From: Azolla caroliniana
Lineage: Eukaryota > Plantae > Polypodiophyta
Direction of reading: 5' to 3'
Assembly: GCA_043228905.1 (NCBI GenBank)
Contig: JBHGNT010000004.1
Coordinates: 868,001 to 932,000, forward strand
DNA length: 64,000 nucleotides
The notes beneath the pieces are model-generated. The model was not told the DNA's origin. It saw nothing but the letters and a program-made list of their open reading frames with translations, and searched no databases. The position numbers and the translations under genes are program-made. Positions 23,932 through 37,213 of the stretch are shown in pieces. Within the stretch, counting starts at the first letter, position 1. Each line of letters opens with the position of its first letter.

Positions 23932-25199
23932 GGTGTCTATCCACCTACCTACACATGAAAGAATCACCTAACACTTGTTAGAGAACTTCTTAAATAACTT
24001 TTAGTCCTAACCTTAAACCTAAATGCTAGGTATAACAATGCACTAATAGACTTACCTAAAATTTAATAATTTACGAATAAAAAGTGTAAAGAAAACATTA
24101 AGAAATCACAAATGAATGTGTTACCAAGATGATGATACAGTGGTTGACGACTAAATGAAATTAAGGAAAGCTAGCGAGGTTTAGGCTCCTAGAGATTCAG
24201 AAACTCTAGCTTAACAAGAGAGGGAGTGCCTTGCAAAACTAAGGACAAGAAATATACAAGTTTATGTCTTTACTTTTATATTTCTCCTTTACATATTTTT
24301 CGCTCTTTACATGGTTATTGTGCCTCTTTTTTCATTAGTCCTATGTTGTGCTATTCTTTTAAATGTTAGGTATACTTTCTTTTTGGCATCAACTTTGGTT
24401 GCCGGTCTGGTTGTACCTCCTAGTGTAACCATGTATTGGGCGGGCTTGCAAAAGTTAATCTGGATGTTGATGTTGTTGAGATGTTGAAGATGGCTTGCTC
24501 CATGTTCTCAATGAGCATAGTCTTCACCTTTTTTATATTGGCTTCCTTGAACCAATTGTTGACCTCTCACCAGATAAAGCCATGTATTTCTAGTTACTCA
24601 TGCAAGGTTGTTGCCTTCTATAGTATGGGTAAAGAGAGAGTTTGTAGTTAGTCCCTTGTCTTTGTTTTTTCGAGGGCAGCAAAATTAGCCTAGGAGTGGG
24701 GGATGGTTGAGTGGTTTGGACTTCACAAGCAACGTTCAAGCAATGAATAAGGTGACTACGTACAATATTTGGTGGATGGTTGGAATTGCTGATTGATCCA
24801 ATTATTGTGAAGAATGGCACAATGCATAGTTCCTCTAGTTGTGGGTCGTTTCATTTTGGCGTACTTCAAGGAGGCTCATGCTAAGTCCCTTAAAGCTATT
24901 ACATGTGGCTAGGTTAAGCCACAATGCACACCATATGTGAAAGGCACCACAACAACAAGATTCCTATTTCATACAATGTTTAAATTGTTTAAGTGATTAA
25001 GTAACATATGTCTAGGATCCGGGCTTTTGACCACAACATTGGTTAGGCCTATATCAGCATTTAATGTTCATGATGTTAAAATTTGGAGATCTTTAAACAA
25101 AACCTTTGCCTTGTATTCAAATAGAAATTCTACAGTTTGTAGCCTTCGCAAAGTTCGTAATCATGGAAGTGATTGAACATTAATACTAATCTTTGTATA

Positions 25200-28100
25200 A
25201 TTTGAAATGCAAGTAGTAGAAGTAGAGGATCTTTTTAAGTTAATTATGCTTCTTACATTATAATTGCACTTAAAAAATCTTTGGGATGTTGTCGAGAAAG
25301 GTGATGGATTAACACATGACAATGGTAAGTGAAAAAGCTAGTTGTACAAAATTGCTTGAATCAAATGTATGGCTAAAGAATATTTTTGATGATATGATGA
25401 TTAATTTCAAAATCATTAGATGTGTTTATGATTCTAGATATTAAAAATGTACAATAATAAAATATGTGGGATATGCTTCCGCAAATGTTTGTCAAATACA
25501 TAAATTGGCAAGGAAAATATAATCAAATAAGTTATATTTGTCTTGGATTACATGGCCAAAATAACAAAGTTTGTGGATGAAAATAGAAAGGTGATCATGT
25601 AGTTAACAGTTATGACTATATGATGTGTTCAAGGACAATATTAAGGCATTACAATTACTTAACAGCTTCTACATATCTTTGGACTTCCATTGTTTTACCA
25701 TCGAAATTCAAATTATTGCAAAAACATAATCCCCCATCTAGTTGACATTTTACACAAATTAAGGAAGAACATGAAGAGGTATAGGAGGTGATGTTAGATC
25801 AAATTAAATAGGAAGCTTGAATTCCAATTTGAAATCACTTGTTAACCACAATTTTAATCAAGATTGACAAAACACATGCAATAAGGGTACATTGAATCTA
25901 ACAAGTAATGATAAATTGTACATTTAATCAAGGTATTCTATATTATTGTCTAAGCAAATATGCACAAGAAAACAATATGCATTATGTTGCCACGAGTGGT
26001 CGTGATATTGAAATTCAATTCTCAAATGTAGTTAAAAGAGTTGAAAAGTTGTGTGATTTGTGGTAGGAGTTACAAGAAATCTTATTATTGACCACTTAAG
26101 TAATTGAGAAACAATTCATTGCATTATCTACAAATGATGGTTGTGTAACTTTCTCTGCTAAAACAAGTTAGTCACCATTGAGAATAAAGTCACCACATGT
26201 TTATTTTGGGTGATATGAAAACAAATGTTTGGTTATATGATACTTATATCTAAGCAAAGCCTTTTTCAATTGTAGTATTAAATATTTGGCCATATTGATC
26301 AACAAAGGTTAATAAAAGTGAATATAAATTGTATTGTGAGAAATTTGTTTGTGTTTTGATGAGAACTTGAAATTATCAATAAGTGAGTCACATTATAAAG
26401 CCAAAAATAAGATAATTAGAAAAATTGTTAAGAAATACATTCACAAAATGTTCTTGCAAGCTACAACACAGTTTGGATGTGTTTGATGAAAATAAGGCTT
26501 GTGTTCCAAAATTTTGGTAACTTGAAATCCATAGCTAACACAAGTTGTGATGGTGAATATATGTCATATGGTTTTTGAGTGTACCTAAGTAGGAAAAACG
26601 GGAAAAATCAGACCAAGGTATACTATTGAGATGAAAGGGAAATTTTAACACAAAAAAAGACATATCTTAGAGTGATGCTTGAAATGAATATTGACTGTTG
26701 TTTTGGGCACAAATCTATGCCGTTATATAGTGATAATCGTGATTAATAGAATGCCAATTATAGTCATTACAAGCAATACTCTTTTAAATGAGTTATTTGT
26801 TGGACGAAGTCATAGCGTTAATGGATTAAAATTGCTTTGGTAGAGTTCAAGTCTATGACTTCGTCCAACAAATAACTCATTTAAAGGAGTATTGCTTGTA
26901 ATGACTATACTTGGCATTCTATTAATCACGATTATCACTATATAACGACGTGAAAGGAGTATTGCTTGTAATGACTATACTTGGCATTCTATTAATCACG
27001 ATTATCACTATATAACGACGTGAAAACATAATTTTCTGAAGTCGATAATGTAAAAATAGATATCAATGCCTTATATTATAACTTAAAAATCCAAAAGGCC
27101 AAAAAAGGTGTCTCATGATATCAAATTTGATGAAAGCATGAGTTTCACGATATAAAGTGTGAGTTGTGGGTACAACCACCACAAGAAGTTATGGAAAAGA
27201 AAGAAGAAAAATAAGAAGACGAATCACATAAAGAAAAAAAATACCCCGATAACAAACATGGTGTTGGGTTCGAGCCACGTAGATCACAATGAGTGTGAAA
27301 AGCTGTCGATAGGGGTAACTTGTCATTCACTATTTGCAAAACATTGGATACTTTAAAAATTGAACATTGCAATTTGGAATCAACTCATCTTGAGGTAACA
27401 TTTTGTAAAAAAGAATGGCACAAAGGAATACAAGAAGAAGTGGATGCATCGAAGAAAAAACAACACATGGGAATTAGTGTTAAGACAAAACGATCAAAGT
27501 AATATTGTGCATGCATGGGTTTATAAGGTAAAATATTGTTACAATGGTATGACTCCAAATTATAAAGCATGACTTGTTGCTGAGAACTATGCACGATCAG
27601 AAGGTCTAAATATGATGAAACATTTCTTCATGTTGAGAAATGGTCTTGTATAAGATCTAAAATGCCATATTTTCCATGATGGCAAAAAAAACTCTTTCTT
27701 TTTGAATTAGAGTTTCAATGAAAATCTATGGATGGAATTAATACAAGGATATGTATGTGGTGATAACATTGTATGTGTGCTTTACAGGGATTGAACCAAG
27801 CATCACGAACATGGTATGACAAGATTATTTACAAAATACAAGTTTTAAATAAAATATATAACTTGTGTTAGCGTCTTTAACATTATCAAAATGATTCAGG
27901 TTTTCTTGACGATCTCAAACTAAACTTAAATAGGGATTTGGTATATGACTTTGAATTGAAAACTTTAGGAGAGCGTAAGGTGTTTTCTTGGTTTGAAGGC
28001 GCGAAATGCCCTAGTGGTTCCATTTTCCATCAAAACGAGTAAATGATGAATGTATGTGGAAATGATATGATATGCAAACCTATTAAACTAGTCATGGAGA

Positions 28101-28782
28101 TAAATGCAAATCTTGAGGAGAAATAAGGTTGTTGAATTGATTATGCAAAAACGTGTAAACAAATAGTCGGAAATTGATGTCAAGACTAGATGTTGCATAT
28201 GTTGTTCAATTTATGTGAGCATTTAGGAAACAAACATACATAGTTGCGATCAATAGGATGTTCAATTTTGTCAAAGACAATAAATTTTAATTTATATATA
28301 TTAACAATATGGTATCTCATGAGTTATATCATGATCATGCAGTAGATAAAGCATAAGGTAAAGAAGTCGTGGATGTCAAAGAAACATCAATAATTGTGTT
28401 AAGCACAAGCAAGGCTAAATGTAGAGTCATTGCACAAGAAATCTATGAAGTTGTGTGGATGGAGTTGTTGGTCAAAGACCTTGAAGGTATTGTGTAGAGG
28501 CCCATTCAAATCTTTTGAGGGTATATAGGCTAGACTATTGTGTTGGGGAAAAATCCAAAATCTCAAGCACCCAAACACATACAAGTCCACATACAAGGCC
28601 CACCCAAAAATTGCTAAAATAATTCAAGTTGTATTATGTTCGTGAAAAGGTGATTGAAGAGGTCATAGATCTAAAGTATACCAAAACTAAAGACCAAACT
28701 ACTTTTAGCCTCACAAAAGCTCTTCTAAAAGATAAATGCGTTAACTTCTAAAACAACATACAAATATTTGCATGAGAGGGGA
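25200..28782 (+). mobile_element. Heavily decayed Ty1/Copia gag-pol relic
   Basis: Gag LWDVVEKG (about 25280). Integrase FWAQ...INRMP (about 26700-26757). RT: EWHKGIQEEVDA..NTWELV, WVYKVK, YKA*LVA, YDETF, GLNQASRTWYDKI. RNase H: YYVREKVIEEVIDLKY..TKDQ..LTKAL. PPT GAGAGGGGA is followed by TGTCA at 28783. Order INT-RT-RH indicates Copia. Confidence 0.85.
26721..27022. repeat. Inverted repeat (95-bp arms, 37-nt loop) followed by a 70-bp tandem duplication
   Basis: Arm 26721-26815 is the reverse complement of 26853-26947 with about 2 mismatches. 26883-26952 is repeated exactly at 26953-27022. Confidence 0.93.
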
Positions 28783-29031
28783 TGTCAAATAAAACTTAAA
28801 ACACATTTTGTGGAGTATTAATAGTATAAATTGAAGCAAACGATGACTTGATTTTGAGCTAAAAACCTTGTGATATTGCATCAATGATAAAACCAACACA
28901 TCAAGAATCATTTCTGTCACATTACCATATAGGAATTATGTTCATGTAACGATCCTCGTGTTTATAATAGGGTCAAGAGTGGGCTCTTGTATTGTCGTGT
29001 ATATATGTAAAATACTTTTATGGCATGGAGA

Positions 29032-29090
29032 GGGGATAGAGCTTAGTTGGTAAGGTGGTTGATGGAGACCATGTCACTTGTTCAACTCGT
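29032..29090 (+). mobile_element. Possible tRNA-derived SINE head (degenerate)
   Basis: GGGGATAGAGCTTAGTTGGTAAG is A-box-like and resembles a tRNA 5' end. About 30 nt later is the B-box-like GTTCAACTC. No cloverleaf can be formed. Confidence 0.3.
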
Positions 29091-30569
29091 ACATTCTGTA
29101 GGGTCATGTAGTAAATCTTCTAGAATAGTTGAGTTTTTTACCTAATTTAATGCATTGTTCAATGAAACATGACTTACTATGAAAGTGCATACCCGACTTT
29201 TTCTACTAATGTGAAAGGAGACTGAAGACATGAAACAAGGAAAAACAAACTTGAATTACATACATGTGATGTAATTCGAATTACATATCGGAAAAAGACA
29301 TTACATGCGGAAGTACAATGTGGAATCATTACATTTATGCACCATAGTGTAGATTCAGTAGTCAACATATTGAAATCCAAGTATTTGAATATGGGAACAA
29401 GATGAAGTTACTAGTAATGCTTATGATCTGCAAACTTTTATTGTTGTATCATCATCTTAGGTTTCTTTGGAATTCCAGCTTGTCGGCATCGTTGTAAGTC
29501 ATGGAAAGTTATTTGTAATGACATGCGTTTTAGGAGTAAATTCTTAATGTGCATGACCTTATAGTAAGGCATGTATGCAAACATACCGATATAGACAAAG
29601 AAGATGGTTGATTAGACAATAAATCACCAGAGAAGCAAAATGTGGATGTACAACATTTCACTTAGACAAAAAGAGAAACTTCTAAAGCTAAGTTGAAAAA
29701 AATGTGTGTGAATTATGTTGTCCAAAAGAAAATTTCTAAAGCAAACCCACCTTGGTGTACTACACCATTGACTGACTCAAAAAGCTTGTTTACATGCTAT
29801 GATATCTCATTTATGAACATGCCACTATTTTCCATATCTTAACTTGGTCTGTAGTTTGAACGGGGGACTAAAGCAAACAATAAACACAATAGGAAACCCC
29901 TCTGCTCAACGTAGGAGATGTATCAACTGGCGTTACCTCTAGGAAATTTTACTCGGTAACTTTTTCAATCCATAAACAACAATTACCTTGGATTGAATAG
30001 GTTGGTCGGGGAGACGAGGAGGGAGGTAATAGCAAAGGCAATCTACACACTATAGTGCAATGTGGGTAATGTAGACCGTTTCAATGTAAGGGCAACGTGA
30101 TCAGTCATCTTTTCACTTGTTGGTTTGCTGGAACATGTGTGCGTGGGGATGCGTGTCGCAACAGGAGATGCGATCCAACAAAACAGAAAGAGGGGGAATG
30201 CTTCTCTCTATACGGCCAGTCGGACCGGTCGTTTCATACATCGAGGAGTGTTACGTGAAAAACTGGGTGAAGAAAGGAGGTCATAAATAAAGCGCATGCA
30301 TCGAACATCGATGAGCGTTACGGTTACATGAAACTGGGTGTAGAGAGGAGGTCATGCGTGCGTGCACCGACACTGAAACGTGACACACGTTTGAGTGTCG
30401 GAGTGTTTCGGTCATCGTAAGTGGCCAAAAGTGTGTAGGGTCGCGGTCGGAAGAGTGGGAAGGCATTGCAATGGATTGGATTGGATTGTATGAAGTGTTT
30501 ATGTTTTGTGGGGGGTGCGAAGTTTCCACTGACCCTTCCAGTGTGAACACGGACATTAGGAGCTCTCTC

Positions 30570-31498
30570 TCTCTCTCTCTCTCTCTCTCATTCTCTGTGG
30601 GTCTCTGTTTCTCTTCCTTCTTCTTCTTCTTCTTCTTCTTCTGTAACGTCAAAGCTACTGCAGCAGCGCCACACCATTACCACTACTAGCAGAGAGATCT
30701 CCACAGCTCCCTCCCTTCCGCAGAAGGCTGCTCCCTCACCTCCACTTCTCCTCCCCCGGCCCACACACACCTTCGATTCTCCCCTTCCCACCCCCTCTTT
30801 TCCCCGCAGAGAGCGTTTCTACTCAAAATCCGTACATCCCACTACCACCGTTTTGACAGGTGGATGATCATCCCTCCTCTGATAAATCCACTCCCTCCTG
30901 ATCTGATTTTTGGCTCCCTGCTTTCTCTGATTTTCAGCCCGAGTTTTCTGTTTTTTTTTTTTTTTTTTTTTTTTTTTAAGGCTTAGCGTTTCTGTGTATT
31001 GGTCAGAGCATTCTGGCCTCTGCTTTTATGTTTTGTTTTGCTCGTTTTTGTTGGGGTTTTCTGAATTTTCGTTTAGGTTTTTCCGGTTTTTGGTTTCTGG
31101 GTTTCAAGTTTTGGTTTAGGGTTTCTCTATTTCTAGTTTACGGTTTTCTGACAGTGAATTTTTCTGTTTAGGGTTTTCTGAATTTTGAATTTGTGTTTAC
31201 TGACGGTAAGTTTGTGTTTACTGATTTTTTATAAAAGCTTTCTGGTTTAGCTTGAGGGTATTCCCATACTGAGATTCGGGATTTTCTGATTTTGGTTTTG
31301 TATTTACTTGTTTTCTGTTTAGTATTTTCTGATTTGATTGCTTTTTATTCTCAGGAAGAAATTTGGACACAGACACTGAATTTGATTAGGAGCGTCTATT
31401 GTGGGCGCTCTGTTTGTTACGGTTTCTGTTAGGGCTTTCTATACTAGGGGCGACTACATAGTTCTCTGGCGTTCCTGCAAAAGCAGTATGTGAGTGAA
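30570..31498 (+). promoter_or_regulatory. Predicted 5' UTR of the kinase with a leader intron (30860-31354)
   Basis: CT/CTT-rich leader, donor CAG|GTGGAT at 30859/30860, T-rich intron with TTAGGGTTT telo-box-like motifs (about 31116, 31168), acceptor TCTCAG| at 31354. Transcription start is approximate. Confidence 0.6.
31488..31493 (+). promoter_or_regulatory. Minimal uORF (ATG-TGA) 5 nt upstream of the kinase start codon
   Basis: Sequence CAGT-ATGTGA-GTGAA-ATGGCA. It is the only upstream ATG found in the predicted spliced leader. Confidence 0.55.
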
Positions 31499-33414
31499 AT
31501 GGCAAAACATAATGGAGGAGGTGGAGTTTTTTTTGAGCAGATAAAAACTGATGATGACGATTACATCAGGCTTTGCGAAACCTCAGATATGTCAGTTGAT
31601 AGCCAACATCTGCCAATCACTGATACTTCTATGCATAATGAAGGCTCACTGTACGACAATGGATCTATGTATAATGCCGAATCAACAAATAATGACGGGT
31701 CTGTATACAGTAGCGTAGCCTCAAACAACTCAAGGACACATATCCTCTCACCTGCTGCGAGAACTCGACCCTTTGTAAATCTCAGTGTCGTGCATCGGAA
31801 TCGGGTAACACACTCGACGAGTGATGATGCCCTTGTAAATGCTCTCGTGGATGATCGTTATGCTTCAGAGGGGTTAGTGGACTATGAGCAGTGGACAATT
31901 GATGCTTCCCGGCTTAGCATTATGGGCCCTGCCTTTGCTCAAGGTGCCTTTGGGAAGATCTACAAAGCTTCATATAATGGAGAAATTGTCGCTGTGAAGA
32001 TACTTGAGCGGCCTCTTCAAGACATCGCGAAGGCCCAAGCCTTGGAACAACAATTTGTACAAGAAGTGATTATGTTATCTAGTTTGAGGCATGAGAATGT
32101 GGTTCGTTTCATTGGTGCATGTCAAAAGCCTGGAGTGTGGTGTATTGTAACCGAGTATATCAGAGAAGGCTCTTTGCGAACTTCTCTTGCAAAGAATCGA
32201 GCACCCTCTCTTAGACTCGCACTAAGATATGCTCTGGATATTGCACGAGGGATGGAGTACTTGCATAAATTCAATGTTATTCATCGTGATTTGAAGTCAG
32301 ATAACTTGCTTATGGCTGCCAAATCAATAAAAATCGCTGATTTTGGAGTTGCCAGGATTGAGGTGCAAACTGAAGATATGACACCAGAAACAGGAACTTA
32401 CCGATGGATGGCACCGTGAGTTTCCCCTATTCTTTGATTTTTTAAAACTTTATAGAACCAATTGGAAAATTATATCAAACTATTTTTATATTGTAAACAT
32501 TTAACGGTCATGAAAATAAATTTATAAAAATCTAAACTATATATCGTTTAATTTTCACAGCAAAGGAAATGTTTTGTTAGGGTATCGTATTTAATTCGTC
32601 AGAGCTATAATTGGTGCCCTATTCCAGTGTATCGGTATGCTTTTCTAACAGAAGAAACAGCTTACTGAATGCTCAAAGATGAATTCACGCCTCCAGTTTT
32701 CCACCTATTTCTCCATGTTCATTCTGTCATTAGGCATAATTTCTTCTTTGTGTGATAAATGAGACATGCAAAGCAATGTGATCATCTGATTGGATTTGAG
32801 AGTAGCACATGAATTATCAGCTAGCTCACACAAGCCTAAGTCCACATTTTGGCATCCACAGATCTTAGGAGAACAGGAACTGCATAACCCTGTCCTTTGT
32901 AGATTGTTTTAATCCTCGTAGATGCTTATATCTATCTGTTCTTTGACACAGATGCCATGTTTATTTTCTAAATAATCGCCATATAAGTTATAGGTCTTGC
33001 TATAAAACCCCACAATGGGCTTCTTTTTCTTGCATTGTAATTACATTTCTTTGTCTTGTTCAAATGTGCAGCGAGATGATGCAAAACAGATCCTACACCC
33101 ATAAGGTGGATGTATACAGTTTTGGCATTGTGTTGTGGGAGCTTGTGACTGGCAATATTCCGTTTGGGAGGATGAGCCCAGTACAGGCAGCATCAGCAGT
33201 GGTGAGAGGTGTAAGGCCCGATATTCCGCCTGACTGCCTCCCCTCGCTCTCCAGGATCATGACAAGTTGCTGGGATGCGAATGCAGAGGCGAGGCCATCC
33301 TTCTCTGAAGTGGTGACCCTTCTAGAAGATGCCCAGCTTGGAATCACAAATTCAGTTGGAACTGCAAAGTTTCGAGGCTGCGCTTGCTTTCTTAGTCCGT
33401 GCACTTTAGATTAA
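31499..33414 (+). CDS. Raf-like MAPKKK group C Ser/Thr/Tyr kinase (STY13/RAF22/RAF28-like), 2 coding exons, about 419 aa
   Basis: Exons 31499-32415 and 33072-33414. Motifs EQWTID...[63 protein letters not shown]|[17 protein letters not shown]-terminal DMSVDS and SRTHIL blocks are typical of this subfamily. Confidence 0.95.
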
Positions 33415-36400
33415 TATATAATATTGAGTTTTGTGATTCTAATTTGGGGATTTTCATCATTTCTACACAAGAAAAAGACCTATTATGCAAGGGGAAATGT
33501 GTATTTCGTATGTATATTTGGCAAGGCCATTTTATTGTTTTCATTGGTGTGGTATGTGTTTTTAGCCTGAATATTTGTCCACGCCTGTATGTGTTTTTTT
33601 ATTACACATGGTTGCTGAAAATCAGATAAGAACAGCTTGACACTTGTGATATGTAACTATTCAAATCATTATTGTTTTTTTACTCACTCAGATGTCTGAA
33701 CCTTACATAACCTGTATATTGTTACTCATTTGGGAGTGTCATCACTAGCTATGGCTACTTCCTCATAAGATATGTTGGGAGCAGGAGCTTTTCTGCCATA
33801 CAGATCGACATGCTTTTAACTGATCTGGTGTTTTGTTTCTTTGATGATGCTCTAGAAAACATGAGTAACTTCATAGTTGGTATTAAATTATGCCAATTTT
33901 GTTGAAATGTTGATGTGAGAGCTGAATCTTTTTACAATTTACTGTCCCTGTGAAGAGGCTTTTTTTCTTGTATTTTTTCTATATCTAATTACTATGTTTT
34001 GCCTGGATCAAAGCGTTAGCTTTGGACTTTGAAAGTGTGTTGTTCAATTCCTGATTAAAAGCACTAGTTATTAGCATCTCATTTCTCTGGCTTTCAGACA
34101 ACTTTTGAGTGGTTATAAAGAAAAATGAAAAACCATTTCATAAGGTTATCCGAAATTAGCATTATTCTCTTGCCATATTGGTATTCATACTTGGATGAAT
34201 GTTAGAGACAAAATTTATTCAGAAGATCAAGGAGTTAATGTTAGGAACCTTGAAGAAGGAATAAATATTTTCAAAACTTCACAAACAACAATTACAATGG
34301 AATATCCTTAATGTCATACTACAAGAGCAACATCAATTTACTTTCAAAACATGACTTCTTGACATGTCATATCATAACTTCCAATCTATAAGAATTATGA
34401 CACCTAAAGAACAAAAATACCATTGTATATTTGTTTTCCTTCCACTTATGTACCAATTGAAATATTCGAGAATTTGACGCATCAATAATAGGCATGCATC
34501 AAGTAATATGTTAACCAAAACTTTCACTCACCTTTGATAGTTTTGAATTCTTATACACAATAACCTAAGTAAAATATTGAACAATGTACATTATAAATCT
34601 TGGCTCTTATTTCGCTAGGCTACATATTTTTGGTTCTTTGTATGAGGGCTTAGATTTAAGATTTAGTATTCTAGCTCTCTCAAGAAACCTTGGCCCAACT
34701 AATTTTGGTTGAAGATTGCGTGCGAGTAACAAGAGTAGATTAACAACAAACAAGAGATAGCTAGAATATGTGATAGGAGACATAAATGCAACCCAATACT
34801 TCAATGTATTAAACTTCACGTATATGGTGTTCTCTTTTCTAAATGTGGTCTCCTCCTTTATTTAGATGGTTAGATGTGAGGCCCTCTACGTTAGGTTAGG
34901 TGTTGCATTCACGTATGATATTATATAGAAGTCCCACTTGCCTTGCTTGTTAAGGCATGATTTACATATGCACATTTACCACTAAATAACTTCATCTCCA
35001 AAATAAACAAAATGGTGTATTGCCTTTAGAGCATACAATAAAATAATTCATCTAATCCTTCTACCTTTCTCTTCTCATTGCGTTTGCACAACTGTGAGTC
35101 CACTAGAGGTGTAGTTATTTCATAGTTTCTTATAAATATTATGCGTGATTGCAAGGAATTTAATGCACACGATTTTAGTTCTTCTTTTGCAAATAACTCC
35201 TTTTCCTTGTGTCTATTGGAGATGATTTACATCCAAGTATTCAATGGACATTGACAATTCCTTTGTACGAGAAAAATGGTCAATAAAATTGCACCATCAA
35301 CTTGTGCCTCCTTTCCTTACAAGAAAAAGGCATCAAGGAAAATGCATGTACAAACATGTGTGCAAATAATGTTTTGACGCATTCCTCTTACCCTGTTTAT
35401 GATTTACGCGTATGTTATGTTTTATTCTCCGTTGTACATCGTGAAGTGGCTTGCAGCCTTGTTTTTATGCTACCTATAGAAGAAAACAAAATCATGCCGA
35501 CCTACATATGTATGTTATTTATTTAGGATAATTATATAATTATGATTCATCATACTATGATGTATCAAATAGACCATATATTTGAAGAGCTTTGAACAAG
35601 AAAATGTAACAAGATCATGAAAGAGAAATAATACTATATTGTGAATGAGTAACAACTTGTATCTTCACTGGATTGCTTTCCATGACAAAACTATGATACA
35701 TGTAGTTCTAAAGGATACTCATAATGTTTGCATGAATGTAGGGTCTTGCATCTCTTCACCATTTATTGCTTATATTAGGCCAAATGGGAGACTAGCCACA
35801 CTTTTGAGCTTGATCATTTATCCATGTGTGTCCTTTATGACTCTAGTTCCTCCCTTAGGATGCTTGGTTAGTTGTTGCAATGTGGCATCAAACTGATTTC
35901 CAATATTAAGCGCAATGGTTTTCATATTAATGTTTATACTAGGCACTTTTTTTTTATGTTTTCCATAAAATGTTTTTATATGGGCACCAAGGAACTTCTT
36001 CATGATCACTCAACCCAAGTTCTCTTTTTAACTCATCCTCTCCTCTATTGGTGTGCTCATATTTTCGCCATCCATACATAGTGGTTGCTTTTTAAGCGTT
36101 AGGCATAGTATGAAGTGATACTAGTTTCTTAATCACCAAGATAGTATGAAATGCCCAATCATTACATCTTATCTAGGTTTTTGTGGTTCACGAGTTCTCA
36201 TATTTAAGATCATACAAGTTATTGTACATGTGAATGAGCATTAGAAGTTGCTTTGAAAAAAATGACAAGGTCACCACACCTGGGCAATGTTACCATCACA
36301 CCCTATTTAGTTGTCAACACTTAATCCCTCAATGCCTCAACAAAATGCATATGCCATATTTGGCAGGATTATAGTGATGGCATACCTGTACTTTTAGGAG

Positions 36401-36830
36401 AAAGGAAATGTGAATTCTAGAGATGGTTATGTGCAAGGAACGTGGACAAGGCACTTGCTAATGTCAAATGTATGAATAGATCCTGGATGTGTTGCAGAAT
36501 GAGTGGAATGTATTTTGTGATGAGAGCAATCCAAGTAGTGATACTATTAGTGATCTTTGTAAGATCATATGTCTCTTTGGTAGTGAAAAGTGATGTCCAC
36601 AAATGATTTCTTATGACAAGTTATGCGTATAGGGGCAATTATTTAGTTTGTCAGTATAAATTAGCTGAATGATGCACTCAATGGTTAACTATTGTAGTAA
36701 TCTTTTACACAAATCAAGCAACTTGGTTGACCAAGTTTTTGGAGAAGATTTTAGTATGTACCTCTATTCATAATTTGATCAATGCTCTGGAAATGTGGGC
36801 ACGACACTCCTTTGAAGTCAAGGGCCTGAT

Positions 36831-36913
36831 GTATGATGTTTAGAAAGTGGAGCATACACCTTGCAGTTAGTAAAATATCATTCACTTGGAAGACATTTGA
36901 TTGTATCTATGTA

Positions 36914-36950
<37 letters not shown>

Positions 36951-37213
36951 CTTTCTTGCAGGAGGCGATTGTAATGCATATTAGAGGAGTTTATCAAGAT
37001 ATCATTCCTCCATTGTTGTGAAGATCAATGTGTTAAGTATGATTTGGAAAGTGGGGGCTACCCCTTGCAGTTAGCAAAATATCGTTCACTTGGAGGACAT
37101 TTGATTGTACCTATGTAACACATAGACAAGCTTTCTTGCAAGAGGTGCTCATTGTAAATGTATGTTGGAGTTCATCAAAACGATCATTTCTCCATTGTAG
37201 TGAAGATCAATGT
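36831..37213. repeat. Diverged tandem duplication (about 205-bp period); copy 1 carries a (GA)n tract
   Basis: CCTTGCAGTTAG.AAAATATC.TTCACTTGGA.GACATTTGATTGTA...GCTTTCTTGCA...CTCCATTGT.GTGAAGATCAATGTG at about 36859 and 37063. Confidence 0.8.

Larger units (their letters stand above)
20700..24000 (-). mobile_element. Highly degenerate non-chromovirus-type Ty3/Gypsy internal region (protease and RT remnants); boundaries approximate
   Basis: Minus-strand translation of about 22330-21900 gives GFIWPV/ENTA*LSPKVKVPKNNDRIWVCADYCMLNVAT...HEIYNCFDNFCGYNQICMAED..IEWCVYVY, a decayed RT. About 23470-23400 gives NVIINSCNVGVNVINE, resembling a decayed protease motif. Many stops and frameshifts. Confidence 0.65.

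Noticed and set aside
26883-27022. Direct repeats superficially CRISPR-like
   Set aside because: Two abutting copies without spacers, no cas genes, eukaryotic context.
34190-35060. Possible LTR and PBS remnant (GGCTCTTATTTC near 34603)
   Set aside because: Too degenerate. No partner LTR, termini or coding remnant could be fixed.
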